The notes under the pieces: model-generated | Database searches by the model: none | What the model was told of the DNA's origin: nothing | What the model saw: the letters and a program-made list of their open reading frames with translations, nothing else | NCBI GenBank assembly: GCA_049852185.1 | Contig: CP187540.1 | Direction: 5' to 3' (one strand) | DNA: 64,000 bases | DNA from: Methanocaldococcus sp. 28A | GTDB taxonomy: Archaea; AGJL01; Methanococci; Methanococcales; Methanocaldococcaceae | In this document: piece after piece, positions 32,214-41,419 of the stretch | Layout: each line of letters opens with the position of its first letter | Numbering within the stretch: the stretch's first letter is position 1 | Position numbers and translations under genes: made by a program

Positions 32214-32929
32214 TGTGGTATCCTAAAAATATTTCGCATCTATAAATAATAAAAAAGATAACATAAATAATATGGGCGGTGTAAAACTTGAGGATAAAAA
32301 GATTAAGGAAATTATTAGATGGAAGGAGAAGGGATTTAGAACGAGAGATATTGCTAAGAAGTTGGAAATATCCACTCGTAGAGTTCAACAGATATGGAAA
32401 GAATATCGATAGACTGGAGAAATCCCAAATATAAAGCGTAGAGGTTGAAAGCCGAGAGAAATTACTCAGGAAGAGATAGATATTGTCCTTAAAGCAGTCG
32501 AAGAATATAAGGGAACAAGCCCAGTCCATTTGGAGCATTTTATCGAACGTAGGTATAATATACATATTCCACATAATCGTATATATACTATACTGAAACA
32601 ATATGGTAAAATACAACCTAAATAGGAAAAGTTGAACGGATAAATAGAGAGATTGAATATCGACTAAATAGATTTGATAGTTTAGAAGAGTTCGTAGATT
32701 GAATGAAATCACTAATGTGGTTTCATAGCTCTTCACTACTCTCCGATTGGCATAATAAAATAAAACCACATCGTTCTTTAGATTAGACGAAAACCTAAGG
32801 TTTTCATTGCTCGCTTACTACGTAATCGATTTTAAAACTCCTTATGAAGTTTATTTCGGAAATAATATAGTTAATAATATGGAAGTGATTTCAGGAATTA
32901 TAATTGCGAAATAATTTCAGGATACCACA
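32214..32929 (+). mobile_element. IS481-family remnant (internally deleted, with stop codons)
   Basis: Inverted ends TGTGGTATCCT..ATTTCGCA / TGCGAAAT..AGGATACCACA (TGT...ACA); + strand fragment IIRWKEKGFRTRDIAKKLEISTRRVQQIWKEYR*TGEIP. Confidence 0.8.
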
Positions 32930-32993
32930 CCATAATTATAATAACCGTAAAATTTATATATTTCCTTTTACTTTTTATATGTGTCGTTAATGC

Positions 32994-33104
32994 GGGGGTG
33001 TGGTGTAGCCAGGTCTATCATCGGGGACTCCAGTTGCCTATAGGGCACTGGACCACGGCAGGAGAAATCCCTGGACCTGGGTTCAAATCCCAGCACCCCC
33101 ACCA
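32994..33104 (+). tRNA. tRNA-Trp(CCA) with an anticodon-loop intron (~33034-33066)
   Basis: GGGGGTG acceptor, GGGGA CT CCA, ~33-nt insert, GTTCAAATCC, CACCCCCACCA; TATA box TTTATATA at ~32952. Confidence 0.93.
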
Positions 33105-33194
33105 TTTTTTGCTAAGTAATAATTATTTTTTATGTTTTATTTTTTAATAATTAATTTGTAGATTTGGATATATTTATGAAAATAGCTTCGATAG

Positions 33195-33737
33195 GTGTCG
33201 AAATTGGATGAACTAAAAGTTATATCCTACAACTTATCACTATTAAAAAGATTCTATACTGACGATGAATATAAATGTAAGATGAACGCTTTAATAAATA
33301 AAATTTTAAAAGCTAAAAAAATCTTTGTTTTTGGTGTAGGAAGGAGTGGATATATTGGAAGATGTTTTGCTATGAGATTAATGCATCTTGGCTTTAATTC
33401 CTATTTTATTGGAGAAACAACTACCCCATCCTATGAAAAAGATGATTTACTAATTTTAATATCAGGTAGTGGAAAAACAGAGACTGCTTTAACAGTTGCT
33501 AAAAAGGCACAGAAAATAAATAATAATATTGTTGCAATTGTATGCGAATGTGGGACTATAGTAGAATTTGCTGAAGTAATAATCCAATTAGATGTTAAAA
33601 AATCAAAATATTTACCAATGGGGACTACTTTTGAAGAAACGGCTTTAATATTCTTAGATTTAGTTATAGCAGAAGTTATGAAGAAATTAAATTTAGATGA
33701 AAGTGAAATAATAAAAAGACATTGTAATCTGTTGTAA
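33195..33737 (+). CDS. hxlB: 6-phospho-3-hexuloisomerase (SIS domain)
   Basis: GVGRSG, MRLMHLG, ISGSGKT, PMGTTFEE. Confidence 0.93.
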   Translation: MSKLDELKVISYNLSLLKRFYTDDEYKCKMNALINKILKAKKIFVFGVGRSGYIGRCFAMRLMHLGFNSYFIGETTTPSYEKDDLLILISGSGKTETALTVAKKAQKINNNIVAIVCECGTIVEFAEVIIQLDVKKSKYLPMGTTFEETALIFLDLVIAEVMKKLNLDESEIIKRHCNLL

Positions 33738-33843
33738 TTTATTGATAGAACTTTCACATTTCATATATTGACTAACGAGTTTTTATACCGTTTCCCATTT
33801 CCATATATTATCATAGTATTTAACAAATTTGTATGATAATTTG

Positions 33844-34092
33844 TTAATATTTTCCTAATTTCTTATACAAAATTTCACCAGTCTTTTTATTTCTAATCTC
33901 TAATATTCTATGTAGTGGAATATAGGTATCAAAATATATCAGATAGTTCCCTTTAAGTTCAACATCATCCAAAGGAATGATTTTTTTATTTTCTTCAGCC
34001 CCTCTATGTAGTATAATAACTTCAAAATCTTCTTTTTTATATTTAGGATGCCAAAAGATTTTATTTAATATTTCTTTAAGCATATATCTCAC
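33844..34092 (-). CDS. MJ1316/DUF504 RNA-repair-associated domain protein
   Basis: ILNKIFWHP...IPLHRILEI motif. Confidence 0.8.
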   Translation of the reverse strand: MRYMLKEILNKIFWHPKYKKEDFEVIILHRGAEENKKIIPLDDVELKGNYLIYFDTYIPLHRILEIRNKKTGEILYKKLGKY

Positions 34093-34115
34093 ATTTTATT
34101 TATTATAATTATTTT

Positions 34116-35198
34116 TTATATTAAATCTCTATCTAATAAACCAAGTTCTTCCCCATTTTCATTAATTTTTATTCTCCCAAACCTTATTTCTTTAAGATTT
34201 TTAATTTCATCATCATTTATTGGTGATAATATCTCTAATCTTTCATTCTCAAAATCAATAGTTTTTAAAATACCTAATCCAATGCATAATCCCTCTTCAT
34301 CAATCAATCCAACTATTAAGTTGTTAAATCTTTCTGGCTCAATGTAGTATAGAATGTTTTTATCAACCTGTCTTGGCATATTTATCAAATCTCTTTTTAC
34401 TATTGTATATCTTCCCTCACATTTACTTCCATAGAGTATTTTCCATTTAAAAAGTGATTCTAATAAGTATTTTTCATCTTCCAAAATTTTCTCTCCTTGA
34501 AATATTTTAGTTCCACTAATAATTACATCATTAAAACCAATATTATAAATTTTTGAGTTTTTGAAGTATTCTTTCCATTTTTCTACTCTAATTTCTTTCC
34601 TCTCTTCTCTGCTAAATGACTTTGCATTTTCATAGACTTTTAAGTAAAAAATTCTAATTTTATTTTTAAAGGGCTTTAATATCTGTCTAAGTTCATTTCT
34701 TTTTTGCAATGCTATTATAATATCTGGCTTAATCATCTCTATTTTCATCCTCTTTAAATCAGCTCCAGAACCATGGATTAATCCTGTAGTATCAACTATA
34801 ACAACATCAGCTTTATCTTTGGCATAATCACACAGCAACTTAGTTCCTACCACCATCTCTCCAAAAAATTGAATTGGAGCTGTTGAACCAATAAAATAAC
34901 TTTTATAAGGTTTAATTTCATACAAATTGCTAAAATTTGTTTCTGGAAAGGCTAAGCTTATAGTTGCTGGAGGTAAAATGCTCTTTTGTCCAATATCACA
35001 ATCAATTATTGCCGCTTTAAATCCAGAGCTTAAAAGTTCATTAGCTAAAAAAGTAGTTAGAGTAGTTTTGCCACTATCCACTCCTCCAAGTAATAGAATT
35101 TTAATAGGCTTTTGACAATCTTTAAGATTATTTAAAACCTCAAATCTATCATCTGGAACTTCTGATGGATAATGAGATTTGTTCATCATAATACCCAC
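34116..35198 (-). CDS. Clp1/Grc3-like polynucleotide 5'-hydroxyl kinase
   Basis: GGVDSGKTT, DCDIGQ, VDTTG. Confidence 0.88.
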   Translation of the reverse strand: MGIMMNKSHYPSEVPDDRFEVLNNLKDCQKPIKILLLGGVDSGKTTLTTFLANELLSSGFKAAIIDCDIGQKSILPPATISLAFPETNFSNLYEIKPYKSYFIGSTAPIQFFGEMVVGTKLLCDYAKDKADVVIVDTTGLIHGSGADLKRMKIEMIKPDIIIALQKRNELRQILKPFKNKIRIFYLKVYENAKSFSREERKEIRVEKWKEYFKNSKIYNIGFNDVIISGTKIFQGEKILEDEKYLLESLFKWKILYGSKCEGRYTIVKRDLINMPRQVDKNILYYIEPERFNNLIVGLIDEEGLCIGLGILKTIDFENERLEILSPINDDEIKNLKEIRFGRIKINENGEELGLLDRDLI

Positions 35199-36109
35199 CA
35201 GATTAAACTGTAAATTATTAAAAATAAAATTACTACATAATCAACTGCTTTAAATGCATTTAAAGATTTTTCTACATTTATTTTTCCACTACCAAGTTTA
35301 TAATATCCAATCTTTTCTAAGGTTATATTTAAAGCATTTGCTAATGTAGCCATTGTATAGCCAGAATTTGGTGAAGGAACTCTATTAGCTTCCTTTAGAA
35401 ATCCATATATTGCTTTCTTGATATTTCCTTTATAAAATGGGGAAGCAATAATTAGCAAAATCCCTGCTATCCTTGATGGAATAAAATTGACAATATCATC
35501 TAATCTCGCAGCTAACTTTCCATACCACAAATATTTTTCATTTTTATATCCAATCATTGCATCTAAGGTATTTATTGCTCTATATACAAAAGCTCCAGGC
35601 AATCCAAAAATAATGGCATAGAATAAAGCTCCTATTATGCTATCAGTTATGTTTTCAGACAAACTCTCTACTGCTGCTGAGAGTATATGCTCTTCATCCA
35701 ATTTTGATGCATCTCTGCTAACAATGTGTTGAACAGCTTCCCTCGCTTTCTCTATATCTTTATTTTTTATATATTCAATTGGCTTTCTGCAGAACTCAAA
35801 TAATGATTTATATCCAATGGTTGTTGATAAAACAAAGGCATAGGTAAGATAATTTAATGGAAATGGTAATGATAAAATAAATTTTTCTAAAAAAATTGCT
35901 ATAATCCCTACAACTCCTATTGTTATATTTGTAGTTAAGAAGCCAAATAAAAAATCTCTATATTTATTTTTACATTTTGTAGATTTAAATATATTCTCTA
36001 AAAAATCTATTAAATTCCCTATCCAAACCGTTGGATGAATTTTCTCTGGCAATTCTCCAATAATTCTATCAAATATAACAGTTAAAAATAGAATTATCGG
36101 ATTTAGCAT
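35186..36109 (-). CDS. cbiB: Cobalamin biosynthesis protein CbiB/CobD
   Basis: HPTVWIG, VSRD, ESLSEN, NTLDAMIGY, SPNSG. Confidence 0.95.
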   Translation of the reverse strand: MLNPIILFLTVIFDRIIGELPEKIHPTVWIGNLIDFLENIFKSTKCKNKYRDFLFGFLTTNITIGVVGIIAIFLEKFILSLPFPLNYLTYAFVLSTTIGYKSLFEFCRKPIEYIKNKDIEKAREAVQHIVSRDASKLDEEHILSAAVESLSENITDSIIGALFYAIIFGLPGAFVYRAINTLDAMIGYKNEKYLWYGKLAARLDDIVNFIPSRIAGILLIIASPFYKGNIKKAIYGFLKEANRVPSPNSGYTMATLANALNITLEKIGYYKLGSGKINVEKSLNAFKAVDYVVILFLIIYSLIWWVL

Positions 36110-36140
36110 AATTTCACACTTATAAAACTATCTAAGGTGA

Positions 36141-36333
36141 TTTTGATGAACCTTTTTCTAAAAGCATAGAGGGAAACCCTCTATTGCTATACACCACGTC
36201 CATTATGTTGCCCCTAAAAGGGGCAATTAATGTCCAATATTATTATGAGGCATTGCCGAGCGAAGCGAGGCAATGCATCCGTTTTGATGAAACCTTTTCT
36301 AAAAGGTTCAAATAAAATTATCGGATTTAACAT
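36141..36333. repeat. Composite palindromic cassette between 24-bp near-direct repeats, followed by a duplicated cbiB start
   Basis: TTTTGATGAA(A)CCTTTT(T)CTAAAAG at 36141 and 36282; hairpins ATAGAGGG-AAA-CCCTCTAT, TTGCCCCT-AA-AGGGGCAA and GCATTGCC..GGCAATGC. Confidence 0.8.
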
Positions 36334-36426
36334 TATCTCCACTCTTTCCACGTCCTATAATAGGAGAATCTCTATACATGTATATTTCCTAATTTTTTTA
36401 CTATTCTCACTTTTAATTACTTTTAA

Positions 36427-37644
36427 TTATTTTACATTATTTTTAACTATCTCAACAATATTTCCAAAAATTACCTCACTTTTGCAAAAATTAGGCAAAT
36501 ATACTGCAGCTTTTCCAGAATTTGTTGCTACTTTTTTATATCCTAAATCTTCTATTGGTGAAACTACCATACAAGTATCTTTAATTATTTTTCCTCCAGC
36601 TTTTTCAATGATTTTAGAATATCCCATTCTATCTGCTATTGCTTTAATATGTAAAGAGCAACAAACCCATAAATCAGCATCTAATTTTTTATCTTTTAAA
36701 ATCTCTGCTATTTTTTTAATTTCCATTAAACTGCAGTGAGGACAGCCAACACAAATTAAATCAGGTTCTTCATTTGTTGTATTTAATGTTTCATAAGCCT
36801 CTTTAATATCCTTAATATCAATAGATATTTTCTCAACTTTATCATCAATAACTTCTTTAACCTTACACTCAGCTGTTAAATGTTTAGCATGGTATAAAGC
36901 TACTCCTCCACTTGCTGCCATTGCAGCCCCTAAGGATTTTAAATCATCGTTATTTGGAAGTAATTTGTATAGGTTTTCAAAATAAGGAATGCCATTTTTT
37001 ACAATCTTTCCAACTAAATAACCTAAAGCTCCATAAAAACTCTCTCCAAATTTAAAGTTAGATATTAATTGATTATCTAATTCAATGATATGTGTTGCTT
37101 TTCTATTTTCATCTAAGTGGTAGCCATAATATGGTGTTTTTCCTATAATTGCTGATGCCAATGCAGAAGGTCCTCCTTCTCTATTTGTCTTAGCTCCTAA
37201 AACAGAGTTTGCAAAACTCACAGCTGAACTTTCAGCCCAACTTATATGCTCTCCAAATTTTGGAAGATTTCCAACTAAGTAAGGTGTGCAAGTACATCCA
37301 ATCTCAACTCCCATTTTTTTAAATGCCTCTATTATTTTTAACTGCTTTTTGGCAAATTCCTCATCTATTCTAAGCTCTTTCCATATATCTAAATCCATTC
37401 CAGCAGGATTTAGAGTAGAATAAACTTTAACTTTAACATTTTCTTTAGCAAAATCTTCTAAAAATTCTAATCCAATATCTCCAATGGTTTTGTATGAAAC
37501 TCCCGAAATTTGAGCTGAGTTTATTAGTATTAGCTTCTCAGCTCCATAAATATCTCCCAAAGAAACCAACAAATTCATACATCTTCTTAAAACCTCTCCA
37601 TATTCTCCATCTAATATTTTCTCTTCTTCTTTAGTTAGATACAT
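36427..37644 (-). CDS. Aconitase X catalytic subunit (phosphomevalonate dehydratase large subunit)
   Basis: CTCTPY, WAESSA, GAKTNREG, GCPHCS, DTCMVV. Confidence 0.9.
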   Translation of the reverse strand: MYLTKEEEKILDGEYGEVLRRCMNLLVSLGDIYGAEKLILINSAQISGVSYKTIGDIGLEFLEDFAKENVKVKVYSTLNPAGMDLDIWKELRIDEEFAKKQLKIIEAFKKMGVEIGCTCTPYLVGNLPKFGEHISWAESSAVSFANSVLGAKTNREGGPSALASAIIGKTPYYGYHLDENRKATHIIELDNQLISNFKFGESFYGALGYLVGKIVKNGIPYFENLYKLLPNNDDLKSLGAAMAASGGVALYHAKHLTAECKVKEVIDDKVEKISIDIKDIKEAYETLNTTNEEPDLICVGCPHCSLMEIKKIAEILKDKKLDADLWVCCSLHIKAIADRMGYSKIIEKAGGKIIKDTCMVVSPIEDLGYKKVATNSGKAAVYLPNFCKSEVIFGNIVEIVKNNVK

Positions 37645-37655
37645 AATTCCACCAC

Positions 37656-38130
37656 TTAACCAACATAGTTTAATAGCATCTTACCTTTATCACTAATTTT
37701 TATATATCTTGACCTACCTATTTTTTCAGGTTTTTCAATTAATTCAAGTTCTAATAATTTTTCAACAACATTTTTATTAATCCAAACTAAATTATTATGT
37801 TTTGAGGATTTATTTGAGCTTTTGCTAATTTTTCTCCAATTGATAATCTTTTTTAAATCTTCAATATCATTACCAACAAGTTCTTTTAGTTCTATAACTA
37901 AATTTTTCATATTTTTAACACTTTGAGGGCTAACTTCTTTTTCATTTTTTCCTTCTACAACCATAACTAACTGCTTTACACTTTCATCATTATTTAAATC
38001 TACATTTAAAAACTCCTCATTTATTAGAATACTAAGCTCTTTTATAGTTAAACCTCTATTTCCTGCTCTTCCAATAAATTTTAAGAATATTAATAACTAT
38101 TCTCTTGGTAAAGTTTCAAATAGAAAAAAA
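37656..38130 (-). pseudogene. C-terminal fragment of a wHTH regulator (DUF6293/HFX_2341-like)
   Basis: Only the C-terminal wHTH (..EKIGRSRYIKISDKG) is open; the upstream frame is interrupted by a stop near 38098. Confidence 0.5.
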
Positions 38131-38220
38131 AGGTTCCAATAATCTTAGAGACTGGAGAAGAAATATAAGCGTGTAGCGAAGCAATAATGTTTTTTGTGAG
38201 AGATTATTTTTTTCTTAATT

Positions 38221-38706
38221 TTAACTTCTTTTGTAAATTTTTTTAAAATATTTATATACCATATTTAAAAATATCGGCATAATATAAAAAACACTAACAA
38301 AGCCTGCAATAAAGCCAGTTATAAATCTTAACTCATTAAAGCTTTCTCTCAATCCAATTAGTTGAGTGGTTCCATCAATTGCCATGGGAGTTAAAGCAAA
38401 TATTAAATACCATTTATTGGGAATTTTAAAATCATTTAGTTTTTTTATAAAGGGATAAATCAGCATTCCTACTAAATATCCAGTATATATACCAAAACAT
38501 CTTGCACAAACAGCCATTTTATATCCAAATATAAAATAGCTTCTTTTTGGAAGTTGGTGGCATATTAAAGAATATGCAGTATAGATATAAAAAGATATTA
38601 ACTTAAAAATTTCTGAATGCTCACCTAAATATGCAGTATAAGGTGCTAAAAAAATTCCAATGTAAAAAATTATAAAAGAAATCAACATTAAGGCACTCAA
38701 GACCAT
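38221..38706 (-). CDS. DUF2085 membrane protein
   Basis: ICHQLPKRS, VCARCFGIY, DGTTQ, RESFNELR motifs. Confidence 0.85.
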   Translation of the reverse strand: MVLSALMLISFIIFYIGIFLAPYTAYLGEHSEIFKLISFYIYTAYSLICHQLPKRSYFIFGYKMAVCARCFGIYTGYLVGMLIYPFIKKLNDFKIPNKWYLIFALTPMAIDGTTQLIGLRESFNELRFITGFIAGFVSVFYIMPIFLNMVYKYFKKIYKRS

Positions 38707-38724
38707 TATTACAAACTGCTATCT

Positions 38725-39420
38725 GTGTTTTATAGAATATTATTCCTACCTAATAGAGACGAATACGAGAAATTCAGAGAATACTGCAAAGAGTTGGGAA
38801 AGTTCAAAAGGAAGGAAGTAGAACACTTTGACGAACTTACTCCAGAAGAAGTAAATGAAATTATAAGACATATACTTCATTCCAACAGTGCAACAAAAAT
38901 AAGGGATGCATTGATAATAAGATTAACCTATGACACAGGAGCAAGAATTGGAGAAATATTAAACTTAAAACTTAAAGATTGCGACTTCAAAAAAGGAATA
39001 TTCAAATTTAGAGACACAAAAGGTAGAGAAGTAAGATTAACTGTCTGTGCTCTCGATACTTTGAAAGCATTGAAACATTATATGAATTATTACATGAAAT
39101 CAAAAAAGAGTGAAGATTATTTATTCCAAAATAAAAATGGTGGCAAAGTTGGATACTATTGGATTAGGAAGGTGTTCAATAGGACTGTAAATGAGTTAGT
39201 AGGTAAGGGGATTATCCCAAAAAATAAACGGATTACATTACATTCACTCCGACATGGACGGGTAGTAGATTTGCTAAATAAGGGTTATGGTTTGGATATA
39301 GTTGGTAGTTACGTTGGACATAAAGATATAAAGACAACTATGGTTTATGCACATTCTAATAGTCGAAAAATGAAATTATTAAAACAGATACAGAAAGACT
39401 TAGACAAGGGGACTAAGTGA
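38725..39420 (+). pseudogene. N-terminally truncated tyrosine integrase adjacent to tRNA-His
   Basis: RDALII..DTGARIGE, HSLRH, VGH, TMVY; paralogous to 5777-6766 but lacks most of the N-terminal domain and a good start. Confidence 0.8.
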
Positions 39421-39499
39421 GGTTAGGGGACTAATTCTTGATAAAAAAATAAATATAAAAAAGACCGAATAATCCTTAAAATTGCTAAAAATAAAAGAG

Positions 39500-39572
39500 G
39501 GCCGGGACCGGGAATTGAACCCGGGTCAGGGGATCCACAGTCCCCCAGGATGGCCACTACCCCACCCCGGCC
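39500..39572 (-). tRNA. tRNA-His(GTG)
   Basis: Reverse complement (G)GCCGGGG...GGGGA CT GTG GA TCCCC...GTTCAATTCC; CCA not fully encoded. Confidence 0.95.
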
Positions 39573-39582
39573 ACTTTACCTA

Positions 39583-39670
39583 TGGTGCAGGGGCAGGGAT
39601 TTGAACCCTGGAACCCCTACGGGACTGGGTCCTAGGCCCAGCGCCTTTGGCCAGGCTTGGCGACCCCTGC
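39583..39670 (-). tRNA. tRNA-Leu(TAG)
   Basis: GCAGGGG acceptor, CTGGG CC TAG GA CCCAG, long variable arm, CCA. Confidence 0.95.
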
Positions 39671-39716
39671 ACATATAACACTTAATTAACTCCAAAATAG
39701 AAAATAGAGCAAATGA

Positions 39717-39791
39717 TGCTCCGGCCGGGATTTGAACCCGGGTCGCGGGCTCGAAAGGCCCGCATGATTGGCCGGACTACACCACCGGAGC
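39717..39791 (-). tRNA. tRNA-Glu(TTC)
   Basis: GCTCCGG acceptor, CT TTC GA anticodon loop; followed by TCA instead of CCA. Confidence 0.95.
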
Positions 39792-39806
39792 TAATTATTA
39801 GTTATA

Positions 39807-39884
39807 TGGTGGGCCCGAAGGGATTTGAACCCTTGACCACTCGGTTATGAGCCGAGCGCTCTGACCAGGCTGAGCTACGGGCCC
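39807..39884 (-). tRNA. tRNA with CAT anticodon, probably tRNA-Ile2 (agmatidine) rather than Met
   Basis: CTCGG CT CAT AA CCGAG; the anticodon stem is identical to that of tRNA-Ile(GAT). Confidence 0.9.
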
Positions 39885-39913
39885 ATATCTAACATAAAAA
39901 AATAAAAAATTAA

Positions 39914-39989
39914 TGGCGCCCCCAGCAGGACTCGAACCTGCGACCTACGGATTAACAGTCCGTCGCTCTACCATCTGAGCTATGGGGGC
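39914..39989 (-). tRNA. tRNA-Asn(GTT)
   Basis: ACGGA CT GTT AA TCCGT, CCA. Confidence 0.96.
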
Positions 39990-39997
39990 ACATAAAA

Positions 39998-40074
39998 TGG
40001 TGCCGCGGGGGTGATTTGAACACCCGACAACTGGATCTTCAGTCCAGCGTTCTCCCAGGCTGAACTACCGCGGC
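39998..40074 (-). tRNA. tRNA-Phe(GAA)
   Basis: CTGGA CT GAA GA TCCAG, CCA. Confidence 0.96.
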
Positions 40075-40110
40075 ACTTAATGTTTGCATAATTATGCATT
40101 ACATTTCAAG

Positions 40111-40126
40111 TATATAAACTTTTCGG
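40111..40126 (-). promoter_or_regulatory. BRE/TATA promoter of the six-tRNA operon
   Basis: CCGAAAAGTTTATATA on the minus strand, identical to the tRNA-Ser promoter. Confidence 0.75.
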
Positions 40127-40130
40127 TTAG

Positions 40131-40830
40131 GAGTGTGTCTAAAATCGAGTAATATTTATATATTAATATAACTACAAAATAAAAAAATATGGTAACGAAA
40201 AGACGGAACTCTAAGATATATGATATAAACGAGATATTAGAAGTTTTTGATGATATTATATAGAGGATATTAAATTACCCAAAGGATTGAAGCCAAGAAA
40301 ATATTCTATCGAACTTTACTTAAAGTTTCTGTTGTTAAGGAATTTTTAGAAATATCGTTAAGAGCTATGGAAAACTTGACAAAGATGTTTTTTGGAGTAA
40401 GAATTGACCATTCAGTAATCCATTACTGGGAGAAGAAATTAAATAACTATATCATATCGATAGTAAATCAAATCCCCAAGAAATTTTGAAATTTAGATTA
40501 TGAAAAGACATTTATCGACTCAAAAAAGTTTTCGAATAAAAGTTGATAAAAATACATCCTATAACTCGATACGATTCAGAAAATAAAACATTATTTCCAA
40601 TATCTATAGGATTAGATAAATCTGGCTTAGAGTTTGCTTATGGAGAGGGATATTTTTATGGTGATGAGGAATACGATGACAAGAATACATTATTCGGAGC
40701 TTTAACCAACAGATTCGGAGATAAATTGAATACTTTCTTAACTTTGGCTTCTATTACTCGAATCGCTATTTAGGTTTGCATATATTCTTTAATCATGTTG
40801 CTGAGGTATCGTATGTAAGTCTTATCTTAG
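40131..40830 (+). mobile_element. Degenerate IS (IS5-like DDE), right TIR interrupted
   Basis: Left end GAGTGTGTCTAAAAT; near-identical to 53790-54569; transposase riddled with stops. Confidence 0.8.
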
Positions 40831-41010
40831 GGTCTGTTCAACATGGACAAATATAGATAAGAGTCCATATTGAACTTGGGCGTCATTAATCTCGCCTCTC
40901 TCTGGGTTCATTGGGAGACATGGGTCTCTGCCCCTGTCGAGAACATAAAAACCTTATGGTTTTTAAGTTCTCGCGCTTCGCTCCGAGAGAACCCCAACTC
41001 TTCCCACCAA
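40830..41010 (-). ncRNA. Orphan tnpB right-end/omegaRNA-like remnant
   Basis: Shares TGGGCGTCAT, CTCTGCCCCTGTCG and AACCCCA blocks with the tnpB 3' region (47240-47300), and a similar terminus (GTCCATGTTGAACAGACC vs GACCACGTTGGGAGAACC). Confidence 0.55.
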
Positions 41011-41105
41011 TTAAAATTAATCGAAAACTGCCCCTTTTAGGACTCTATTTTACTCCAGCATCTGAAGTAGTTATAATCTTTATTTCTTATAATATAGCAC
41101 ACATA

Positions 41106-41219
41106 TATAGTTATGTGCAAAACTATCTTAAATAAAATAAGGAGTTAGTGAATGCCTTCCTTTTGAAAAGCATTCAAAATTTCCTTTTTAAAGTTTATTT
41201 CATTTTGCACACAACTATA
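41106..41219. mobile_element. MITE family B copy, nested between family A-like ends (~41038 and 41308-41321)
   Basis: TATAGTTATGTGCAAAA...TTTTGCACACAACTATA; TGCGAAAGTCCTAT at 41308. Confidence 0.8.
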
Positions 41220-41419
41220 AATACTATCTTGAGGAGGAATATAAAAAGAATTTAAAAAAAGAAGAAAAATGGAAATTCGATTTTAAATTCCAAACTAATA
41301 CATAAAATGCGAAAGTCCTATTATTAGATGAGTTCGATTATTCAATCATGGTTATGCGTAATACTCGGTTGTGTATGCTTAATGTATATATTTATATATT
41401 CGTAGATACTGGTATTATA

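Noticed and set aside
32200-32769. 189-aa minus-strand ORF
   Set aside because: It is antisense to the IS481 transposase remnant.
36200-36232. Hairpin as a possible SECIS element
   Set aside because: No in-frame UGA selenoprotein gene is adjacent, and the hairpin is embedded in a repeat cassette.
36230-36739. 169-aa + strand ORF
   Set aside because: It spans a repeat cassette and the antisense strand of aconitase X.
40543-41135. Short ORFs 40543-40773 and 40911-41135 as genes
   Set aside because: The first is a transposase fragment; the second runs through the omegaRNA-like relic and a MITE.
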